Part shown: positions 53,776 to 64,000 of the stretch, piece by piece
Position numbering within the stretch: the first letter of the stretch is position 1
Layout: every line of letters begins with the position of its first letter
From: Octopus sinensis
Lineage: Eukaryota
Length of the DNA stretch: 64,000 nt
Assembly (NCBI RefSeq): GCF_006345805.1
Contig: NC_042999.1
Span: 37,634,001-37,698,000, forward strand
Reading direction: 5' to 3'
Notes under the pieces: generated by a model
The model's input: the letters and a program-made list of their open reading frames with translations, nothing else
Told to the model about the DNA's origin: nothing
The model's database searches: none
Translations under genes and position numbers: made by a program

Positions 53776-54567
53776 CACAAGAAGAAGACGAGCAACAACA
53801 ACAACAACTACTACTGTTGAAACTACTTCCACCTCACCCCTTATACAAACTGTTTCAACTCTTCTCTGTACTGTCTCTTTTCTGTGGCCATGGACTGACA
53901 AATTCTTTTCTTTGAAGTTACCAATTCCTAATTCTGTTGCATTGAACAATGTCAAAGGTTCCCCCAACTGAGAGAGCGAAGGACGAAAGAGTACACGAAA
54001 TTCTACCAAAAGCCAAATTAATTGACCTGTTATGAATAACAATCGGAATGACTGGCCTATAGAGATGAGGAAAAAAAAACAAACATATTTGACACACCGA
54101 AACTTCTGCATAGTTGCTAATAGCCTCATCTCAAACCAGTTGAGTGGAACTGTGTCAGTGACCAGGTCGTGATTAGTGCAACGAAAACCTCAGACACGAA
54201 ATAATAAATGTTTAAGTGAAGTTGACTGTCTTTATGCGTTACTGAGTGGTTAATATGTGTCTTCAACACTGTAATTGCTTTAGTTATAACACACGTCTCG
54301 AAAAAAATCACTTGACAGACAAGTACATCTCCGATCCACACACACACACACATACACACACACACACATACACACACACATACACACACACACATACACA
54401 CACACATACACACACACACATATACACACACACATACACACACTCCAAAAATTTACGCACAAGGGGCTTCATTAAGCACGCTAAACGTTAGATATTCAAA
54501 ACAGTGATCCCCAGAAGACCTCTAGGTCAAAGCCACGTAGCTAGATGTATGTAGAGATTAGTAAAAG

Positions 54568-54914
54568 GGTAAAGACTCCCTTCGGTCATGAATGACCATG
54601 GGACCATGGGATTGCATCTAGAAAGTTACCCTCCGAGGCACAAGTCCGTGCAAGGTTGTTTATGGAAGACCAGCAATCGCCCATGCACACCAGCCTCCCA
54701 TCTCCATTCCACAGACGTTATCCAAGAGAAAGGCAAAGGCCAATACATCTTGGCACCAGTGACGTCGCAACTCATTTCTACAGCTGAGTGAATTGGAGCA
54801 ATGTTAAATAAAGTGTCTTGCTCAAAAACAAAACACACAGCCTGATCCAGGAATCGAACTCACAACCTCATGATTCTGAGCCGACGCTCTAACCACTGAG
54901 CCACGCGCCTTCAC
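54568..54914 (-). mobile_element. SINE family C
   Basis: Reverse complement of the 27772 copy. Confidence 0.85.
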
Positions 54915-54980
54915 AAGACATTGGTAGGACGTAAGTTAAGAAAAGTAGGAAGATGCTCTGCAAGGTAAAGTGTGGATTAG

Positions 54981-55021
<41 letters not shown>

Positions 55022-55081
55022 TGACATACACTGAAGTGTGCGTGTATATCTCTAGACCACTCAGAAACAGAGAGCATTTAG

Positions 55082-55250
55082 ACATCTGGTCATGAATTCC
55101 ATCTTGTGAACAAGTTTACATATCGAGGTTCAACTGTCAACAATGATTCAGAATTATATGAAGTGATTAACAATCAGAAAAGCCATGTAAATATATAGCA
55201 TTTGAAATTCTTCGCCAACATTATTTGGATGTACGAGTATTTAGTCACAT
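55082..55250 (+). pseudogene. Decayed RTE-like reverse transcriptase fragment (post-YADD region)
   Basis: Translates SGHEFHLVNKFTYRGSTVNNDSELYEVINNQ, resembling the V..FTYLGS.. motif of RTE elements. Confidence 0.65.
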
Positions 55251-55529
55251 TGTCAAGAGGTTAAATGCAAACTCAGCACGTTAGTAGTGTCACTAAAATT
55301 TACAAATAGGATGAGAAGTCGGTGACTAGACCGACGCTTTACTGTGATTAACCATGTAGAGGATGTGTGGGTATCGAGAAAGATTGAAATATAAAATGTA
55401 CTAAAAGTGGATGAATTCAGTGAGCGGCGACAGATTCCATATCCTGAAGAGAAGATGGTTTCCATTAGGATTATCAAACCCAATGTATCTTTGAGCTTGC
55501 TTTGGTTCAACGTGGCTTCAGTCTCGGAT

Positions 55530-55800
55530 TTTGGGTTCAGGCACACTGGGCGGTGATACATTTGGCAAGTATTTTCTATTTTAGCTCCGGAGCGACAGTG
55601 CCTTGTAAGTAAATTTCCTTGACACTGGAACATATTAGGGCGACCGAGAAGGTGGCAAAAGTGTTGTACAAGCTTTTGCCCTCAAAGCCATTGATGTACA
55701 GAAGTCTTATAATTTCATTTCTTAGTCCGTTTTGTATTTTATAAAGCCCTACGGTGATGGATGCATGACGACGTGTAATCCGTGCGCATGCAAGGATGAA
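55530..55800 (-). pseudogene. Possible piggyBac transposase C-terminal remnant
   Basis: Frameshifted pieces MKL*DFCTSMAL and RHCRSGAKIENTCQMYHRPVCLNP resemble the LLDFR.. helix and Cys-rich domain. Confidence 0.4.
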
Positions 55801-55954
55801 AGTAAAACAGAAGAACCAGGCTGAATGTGAGATGGCTATCATCTAACAAAATTAGGCAATGATCATGTATATGTGTGTGTATGTGTGTGTATAACCCGCT
55901 CACCTGAAGATGTGCGGATACGTAGCTATTGTTGGATGTTATTAAATATTTTTT

Positions 55955-56172
55955 TTTCTTTACTACCCACAAGGGGCTAAACACAGAGAGGACAAACAAG
56001 GACAGACAAAGGGATTAAGTCGATTATATCGACCCCAGTGCGTAACTGGTACTTATTTAATCGACCCCGAAAGGATGAAAGGCAAAGTCGACCCCGGCGG
56101 AATTTGAACTCAGAACGTAACGGCAGGCGAAATATGGCTACGCATTTCGCCCGGCGTGCCAACGTTTCTGCT
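55955..56172 (-). mobile_element. SINE family B
   Basis: Matches the family B consensus. Confidence 0.9.
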
Positions 56173-56734
56173 AACCAGTATTGGTGTGTTTATGTCCCCA
56201 AGATACCAGGTTTTAAGAAAATAAGTACTGGGATGGATTCGCTCGACTAAAATTCTTTAAGGCGGTGCCCCAGCGTGGCCGCTGTCTAATGACTGAAATA
56301 ATGTAAAAAATGTAAGATAAAAGGTAATCGTTTGTGCAGTACATTAGCTCGTTCTCTTCAAATCTACATTGCCCGTACAGGAGCACGGTGTGCCATGAGT
56401 GAAATGTCAAAGTGGTCGTTGAGCAACGTGAAGCGCTCAAGAACACAGCGCATAGCTCGGTCGGGGAAACGAAGCTGCGATCTCGCGATCGTTAGTACAA
56501 CATCCTAACCGCTTGGCCACGCGCCCCAAATGTTCTATATGTATTCTACTTGAAAATATGATGATACGATCATGGCTGGAATGTCTCTCATCATAGACTT
56601 GTATGGTTAACAATAGACGAAAAGAGAAGTCTCTATATCCAATGCATCTCGATCTTTTTGATGTCGTGACTGACCGGAAATGAACGAAAATCTCTGCCGC
56701 ATTTCATATGAAGATAAAACAAATAAACTGTTTC

Positions 56735-56893
56735 GGAGTGGCTGTGTGGTAAGTAGCTTGCTAACCAACTACATGGTTCCGGGTTCAGTCCCACTGCGTG
56801 GCATCTTGGGCAAGTGTCTTCTGCTATAGCCCCGGGCCGACCAATGCCTTGTAGTGGATTTGGTTGACGGAAACTGAAAGAAGCCTGTCGTAT

Positions 56894-56938
<45 letters not shown>

Positions 56939-57160
56939 GTGTGTGTATGTGTGTGTGTGTTTGTGTGTGTGTTTGTCCCCCTAGCATTGCTTGACAACCG
57001 ATGCTGGTGTGTTTACGTTCCAGTAACTTAGCGGTTCGGCATAAGAGACCGATAGAATAAGTACTGGGCTTACAAAGAATAAGTCCCGGGGTCGATTTGC
57101 TCGACTAAAGGCGGTGCTCCAGCATGGCCGCAGTCAAATGACTGAAACAAGTAAAAGAGT
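56735..57160 (+). mobile_element. SINE family A, near full length
   Basis: Matches the family A consensus. Confidence 0.9.
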
Positions 57161-57704
57161 ATATCTGTTAAGTTTTACCTTTTACATGTTTTACATGTGG
57201 CCATGCTGGGGCACCGCGTAGAAGGGTTTAGTCGAAGAAATCAACTCAAGTAATTAATTTTTTTTTTGGAAGTTTGGTACTTGTTTTATCAGTTTCTTTT
57301 GTTGAACTGCTAAGATACCGGGATGTAAAACAAATCAACACCATTCGACAAGTGGTTGTAGTACACAAACACAACCGCACCCACTTACGCACACATATAT
57401 ACATATATACAGTGGGCTTCAACCCAGTTTCCGTCTGCCTTTATCAGTCCTTTTATCGAACCGTTAAGTTACAGGGACATAAAACAAACCAACACCAGTT
57501 GACAAACGGTTGTAAGACACAAACACACACACATACACACAGCGGGCTTCCTCCAATTTCCGTCTAACTTTATCAGTTCTTTTATCGAACCGATAAGTTA
57601 CTGGGACTTGAAACAAACCAGTACCAGTTGTCAGGCGGTGGTAGGATATAAACCCAGCCACACTTACTCATACATGTTGGATCGTTAGCCCCTACACGCA
57701 ATTT

Positions 57705-57864
57705 TTTTCTCTCCTTGTTTCTTTTCTGTGTATCTTTCTGTCGAAGAGCGTAGCCTCGAAACGTAAAAGACTTGTTTTATTTCTATTCCTGAGTGCCATA
57801 CTAATACATGTTTGTTTGTATTCCACCTGCCTTCGTCTTTTGTTTATTTTCGTAAACCTTCCCG

Positions 57865-57866
<2 letters not shown>
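57705..57866 (+). mobile_element. Penelope-like terminal fragment with minimal HHR variant (57733-57770)
   Basis: TCTTT-CTGTCGA-A-GAGCGTAGCCTC-GAAAC-GTA|AAAGA; 3' end abuts (TA)n. Confidence 0.7.
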
Positions 57867-57915
<49 letters not shown>

Positions 57916-57917
<2 letters not shown>

Positions 57918-58324
57918 AGTGGCTGTGTGGTAAGTAGCTTGTTAACCACCACATATTTCCGGGTTTAGTCCCACTGCGTGACATCTTTGGCAAGTGTCTT
58001 CTGCTATAGCCCCGGGCCGACCAATGCCTTGTGAGTGGATTTGGTAGACGGAAACGGAAAGAAGCCTGTCGTATATATGTATATATGTATGTATGTGTGT
58101 GTGTGTTTGTGTGTCTGTGTTTGTCCCCCTAGCATTGCTTGACAACCGATGCTGGTGTGTTTATGTCCCCGTCACTTAGCGGCTCGGCAAAACAGACCGA
58201 TAGAATAAGTACTGGGCTTACAAAGAATAAGTCCCGGGGTCGATTTGCTCGACTAAAAGGCGGTGCTCCAGCATGGCCGCAGTCGAATGACTGAAACAAG
58301 TACAAGAGTAAAAGAGTAAAGAGT
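57916..58324 (+). mobile_element. SINE family A, near full length
   Basis: Matches the family A consensus. Confidence 0.9.
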
Positions 58325-58808
58325 ATATAACGAGCAGTTTTCGCCCACCAAATTCATTCAGAAGGCATTGGTGGAAGCAAGGGTGTAATAGAAAACAGTT
58401 GCCCAAGGTGCTGCGCAGTGGGACTGGTTTTGAAATTGCATGGTTGCAAAGCGAGCCTCTTAAACACACGGCCATGCCTGCGCTTAGAGAAAATTTCAGA
58501 AAAATGTTGAAAACCTTGCTTGCATTGTTTTAAATAATCATACCAGTTTAATGGCAAAGGGTTGCAAGAATTATTAATTAGAGCATCGAGAAGAATATTA
58601 TAAATCTTTTGTCTTTTATCTTTTACTAGTTTCAGTCATTAGACTTAAGGTACCGTCTTAAATTTTTTGTTGAATGAATCGACCCCCAGTACTTCTTTTT
58701 TGAGTCTGGTACTTATTTTATCGGGTTGGCAGACCGGTTGTCAGACAGTGGTGGCGGGACAAATACAGACAGAAAGGCACGCACACATGGATACACACAC
58801 ACACACGT

Positions 58809-58857
<49 letters not shown>

Positions 58858-59402
58858 ACACACACACACACAAACGCATGTATATGTATATATATATACA
58901 TATATACATATCTATATTATAATGGAGAAAGCTGTTTATTAATTATGTAACAGGCATGGTTGTGTGGTTAGGGAGCTTGCTTCCTAGTTACATGGTTTCG
59001 GGTTCAGTCCCACTGCGTGGCACTTTGGGTAGGTGTCTTCCACTATAGCCCCGAGCCGACCGAAGCTTTGTGATTGAATTCGGCAGGCGGAAGTTACTGC
59101 CGTGTGTGTACATGTGCGTGTAGGTGCTTGTGCCTCTCCGAAAGAGAGAGAGAGAGAGAGAGAGAGAGTTACTAAAAGAAGGCAATAATTAAAGGCTTGA
59201 CCGTCTGGAAACTTTCTGTAATTTCGATTTCTGGATTTATTGAATATAATTTTCACAAATTTAAATATTCGTTGCATTCACTGTGGAGTAGATTTTCATG
59301 TTTAATAAACAATATTCGTTGCAGGCGAAATTTTCCGTTTCCATTTGCAACAGCCTCTCACTCTCACTCGCCTCTGTTTTCATTAATGATAATTTAATAT
59401 AT

Positions 59403-59790
59403 TCTTTTATTCTTTTACTTGTTTCAGTCATTTGATTGCGGCCATGCTGGAGCACCGCCTTTAGTCAAGCAAATCGACCCCAGGACTTATTCTTCGTAAG
59501 CCTAGTACTTATTCTATCGGTCTGTTAGGCCGAACGGCTAAGTTACAGGGACGTAAACGTACCAGCGTCGGTTGTCAAGCGACGTTGGGGACAAACACAG
59601 ACATACAAACATACATACACAAACACCACACACATACGCACATATATCTACGACGGGCTTCTTTCAGTTTTCATCTACCAAATCCACTCATAAGGCTTTG
59701 GTCGGCCCGAGGCTATAGTAGATTCATGCAGTGGGACTGAATTCGGAACCATGTGGTTGGTAAGCAAGCTACTTACCGCACAGCCACTTC
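59403..59790 (-). mobile_element. SINE family A, near full length with a small internal deletion
   Basis: Reverse complement of the consensus. Confidence 0.85.
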
Positions 59791-60616
59791 AATGTTTTCA
59801 TTTCAATTTTCAAATCGCTATTTACAAAACCCACAGTTTAATCTCTATACGTAATGTAAAAAAATTATTTATTGAAAGAGAAGCTGTATAACTTTGAGGC
59901 TTATGATCATATCAACGTCTGGAGTTTGTTAAATGAATATTTTTGATAAAATGAAAATTTCTTGATATACCGATATAATTTTTAAAAAAATTAAGAAGTG
60001 ATATTGTTGCTATGGCTGTTTGGAACGCTATATGCCTTACAATAATAACTATATGATCGCTACTATTTCTAGCACGCCAAGCGTAGTTGGGCTACTTTGA
60101 AGTTTGTTTAAATTAGAGATATATTACAACTACGATAAATTACTGAAATAAATATTTCCGTCAACTAAATCTACTCACAAAGCTTTGGTCAGCCCAGAGC
60201 TATAGTAGAAGACACTTTCCTAAGGTGCCATGAAGTGGGACTGAACCCGGAACCATGTGATTGGGTTCTAAGTTGAAATTCTGCTGAGGTCTCTGCACTA
60301 AAAACATGGCAGTCGTCCTACCTAGAATATGGCATTTTTGGAAATTTTCCCCGGTAATGCTTTTCGTGCAGCTGTTTAAACGGAATATTATGATCAAATG
60401 GAGCGCAATGAAGCTTAAATTATGGGCAATTCCCCTCCCTCCAGACTCAGCAATTAATAAAAAAAATGTGCCATAACCTTTTTAGTTGGTCCTAATCCTT
60501 ATCTACTCTTTATTTTGTTTTCATCCTCGCACAAAAATAAATTATTCTCTTCAGCTTCCACCCATTCATTAAAACACGTTCGCTCAAATCAACACACACG
60601 CACACACACGCACGCA

Positions 60617-60660
<44 letters not shown>

Positions 60661-60663
60661 CTG

Positions 60664-60830
60664 GCACTCCATCGGTTACGACGATGAGGATACCAACAGA
60701 ACAGCCTACTCGTGAAATTAAAAGTGCAAGTGGCTGAGCACTCCACAGACACGCCTACCATTAACATAATTCTCGGGGAGTTTCAGCGTGACACAGGATG
60801 TGCCAAGGCTGGCCCTTTGAATTACAGACA
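60664..60830 (-). mobile_element. Tail fragment of SINE family E
   Basis: Matches the 35950-36120 tail. Confidence 0.75.
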
Positions 60831-61227
60831 CTACTTATTATTTTTTTGAAAGCTGATCGGGACTGCATCAGCGTGAAAGAGAGAAATTGAACTCACGACT
60901 TACCACAGACAAACACACAGACGTACACACAAACACACACACCTACGCACAGAAATACACATACCATCAAAAACACGCAAAACAAGAGCAAATATTAACG
61001 GTGAAAAACGTGACTACAAAGGAAAGACAATACGAGTAACTTACGTAAATTGAAAACCATGAATATGTATATGAAAAGTTTGGTGAAAGGTCTAAGTGAA
61101 ATAAATATTTATTATACAAGATGATGCTCACCACACAAAATTAGCAACCTTAAAGAACAAACCCTATATCGGCTTACTCGTTGGTTCGCAATTGTGTGGT
61201 TTTCATGGGAAGACGAACATCTTATAT

Positions 61228-61420
61228 ACTCTTTTACTTGTTTCAGTCATTTGACTGCGGCCATGCTTGGAGCACCGCCTTTAGTCGAGCAAATCGAACC
61301 CGGGACTTATTCTTTGTAAGCCCAGTACTTATTCTATCGGTCTCTTTGTCGAACCGCTAAGTGACGGGGACGTAAACACACCAGCATCGGTTGTCAAGCA
61401 ATGCTAGGGGACAAACACAG

Positions 61421-61475
<55 letters not shown>

Positions 61476-61853
61476 TACGACAGGCTTCTTTCAGTTTCTG
61501 TCTACCAAATCCACTCACAAGGCATTGGTCGGCCCGGGGCTATAGCAGAAGACACTTGCCCAAGACACTTGCCGAACCGCTAAGTTACGGGGATGTAAAC
61601 ACACCAGCATCGGTTGTCAAGCGATGTTGTGGGGATGGGGGTGGGGGACAAATACAGGCACACAAACATATACACACACACACATATATACGATGGGCTT
61701 CTTTCATTTTCCATCTACCAAATCCACTCGCAAGGCATTGGTCGGCCCGGGGTTATAGCAGAAGACACTTGCCCAAGATGCCACGCTGTGGGACTGAACC
61801 CGGAGCCATGTGGTTGGTTAGCAAGCTACTTACCACACAGCCGCTCCTGCGCC
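61228..61853 (-). mobile_element. SINE family A with internal tandem duplication
   Basis: The central segment appears twice, joined at GACACTTGCC|GAACCGC near 61570. Confidence 0.85.
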
Positions 61854-62869
61854 TATAATGGACATTATTTCACTCTGTCCTATCACTAAAGTCTCTTTTA
61901 TGTATAGACAGGGAGAAAAAAAAAAAAAACTGGTTGGATGCTCATGGATAGAACGTCTTTGATTGCAGGTTTGCTCAATTAGCGTTGACGCGGGGGCTAA
62001 AAACAACAGCGATAATGACGATGACGACGACGATGACAACGGTGCTGGCAGCAGCTGCAGTGACAACCCCGACGACGACCTTCACGGAAGCACAACCATA
62101 CAAAGCTACAGGATACAGGATTTGACCCACTTTAGTTATAAGTATATAACACATGTATACAACAACAACAACAGTAACCACAACACACACCTATAATTTA
62201 TTGATAAGGTACACAAGCCCTCGGCGAATGTTTTGAGTCATAAACTAGATGATATATTCAAATAGCTCTCAATTAACAGAAATTTTCCAATTATACAAAG
62301 AATGTCAATAATATAACGAGCGGTAAATGTTTTTTGATCGCTTTGTGAAAAGGGGTCACAGGCAGGAGTTCTGAGGCTTTTAGGAAGTAGGGGACAAGGC
62401 GATCATCAAACTAGAGACTTGGGCTGGAATGCTTGCAACCAAACTGACTCCTTGATCAAACGAAACTCTAGAATGTTGGTCGGAGTTATGCTTTAAGGTA
62501 ATTGTTCCGGTTCTGAGTTCTCGTATTCCGAGTTCAAATCACGCCAAGATTTACTTAGGTTGTTTACTTAATCCGTGGCACGGTTTCCAGCCTATTCCTG
62601 GAACTGTCTTTTATCTTTTATCTTTTAATTATTTCAGGCATTGGACTGCGGTCATACTGGGGCAGCACCTTGAAGGGTTCAGTCGAGCAAATCGACCCCA
62701 GGACTCATGTTTTTTTTTAAAGTTTGGTAATTATCCTCTCGATTTCTTTTTGCCGAACCGCTAAGTTACATGGACGAAAAGAGACAAACACCGGTTGTCA
62801 AGCGATGGTGGGGAACACAATACAAAAGAGACACGGTCTCTCTCTCTCTATCTCTCTCTCTCACACACA

Positions 62870-63321
<452 letters not shown>

Positions 63322-63322
63322 A

Positions 63323-64000
63323 CAATACCGGGCAAAAGTCTTCGGCACTTTAAACTATTGTAAATTTCTACTAATTATCAACTTATAAGTGGATGTTTCG
63401 CATTGCGTTTTTTACAGATGAAACATAGACCCTGTTGGAGTCATTTCTATACCTAATCATTATATTCTATAGTAGGGGTTCTGAATGAGAAGGGAAGATG
63501 CGAGACGACCATCGCAAATAGCTGTGCAAAAGCTTTCGGCAACCTCACGTAAACCAATCAAGATACAGTGTTTTATAAGAGAAAAATGTCTATAATGAAA
63601 ATTACTGTAAATTGTTAATATTTTGTGCGGCTTTCCTTAGTTTGAATAATTGCTCCAATGCACCTGCGAAGAGATGCGTACAAATACTTCATCTTTCCAG
63701 GTATCAGATGCCATTCTCTATGGCTGAGCTCCCACAACTCTTCAAAATTGCCTGGATTCTTCTGATAAGCTCTTCTCTTTAGTTCCGTTCACATTTGCTC
63801 GATGATATTTGAGCTGGTCAGATCTTTCAATGCGGTAGCACCTTCATCAACCAGACTCTGTTGTGTTGCACGCGATGTGTGGCATGGAGCTTTCCTAGAG
63901 GCCTTTTGACAAATTCTCGCTTATTAGAAAGCGAAATGACCGACATCACACGACAAAAACAGTGAAGTTTAGAGGTAAAAGTCTGATGCTTTGGGGATGC
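63323..64000. mobile_element. Rearranged Tc1-family transposon remnant
   Basis: TA|CAATACCGGGCAAAAGTC is TIR-like. Minus strand 63615-63889 translates APCHTSRATQQ...NIIEQM*TELKRR...KY*. Plus strand 63926-64000 translates RKRNDRHHTTKTVKFRGKSLMLWGC. Confidence 0.85.

Overview
AT-rich, repeat-saturated animal genomic DNA. The SINE families and extreme microsatellite load suggest a cephalopod, probably Octopus; this is recognition from memory, not a database hit. No complete protein-coding gene is visible. The only host-gene signal is a possible first coding exon on the minus strand (1840-1903). The rest consists of microsatellites, several modular tRNA-derived SINE families (CORE-like and Meta-like domains), decayed CR1/RTE LINE fragments, Tc1/mariner, piggyBac, CACTA-type and Helitron-like remnants, a 37-bp satellite array (38.8-41.1 kb), a 3 x 415-bp tandem duplication and a 100-N gap. 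Nearly all listed ORFs are microsatellite artefacts. The main finding is a dense population of hammerhead ribozyme (HHR) motifs, about 17 full, partial or decayed. The best case is a 354-bp, terminally redundant, highly self-complementary element (43255-43639, minus strand) carrying a type I HHR with an intact catalytic core, which is the architecture of a retrozyme (self-cleaving, circular-RNA retroelement). A second extended HHR at 13691-13757 has a near-identical hairpin at the same upstream spacing. There are also several families of minimal, probably dimer-dependent Penelope-type HHRs, one with a fixed non-canonical CUGUNGA core, and fold-back palindromes, two of which carry HHR half-sites. 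All structures were folded by eye and no ribozyme activity has been shown.
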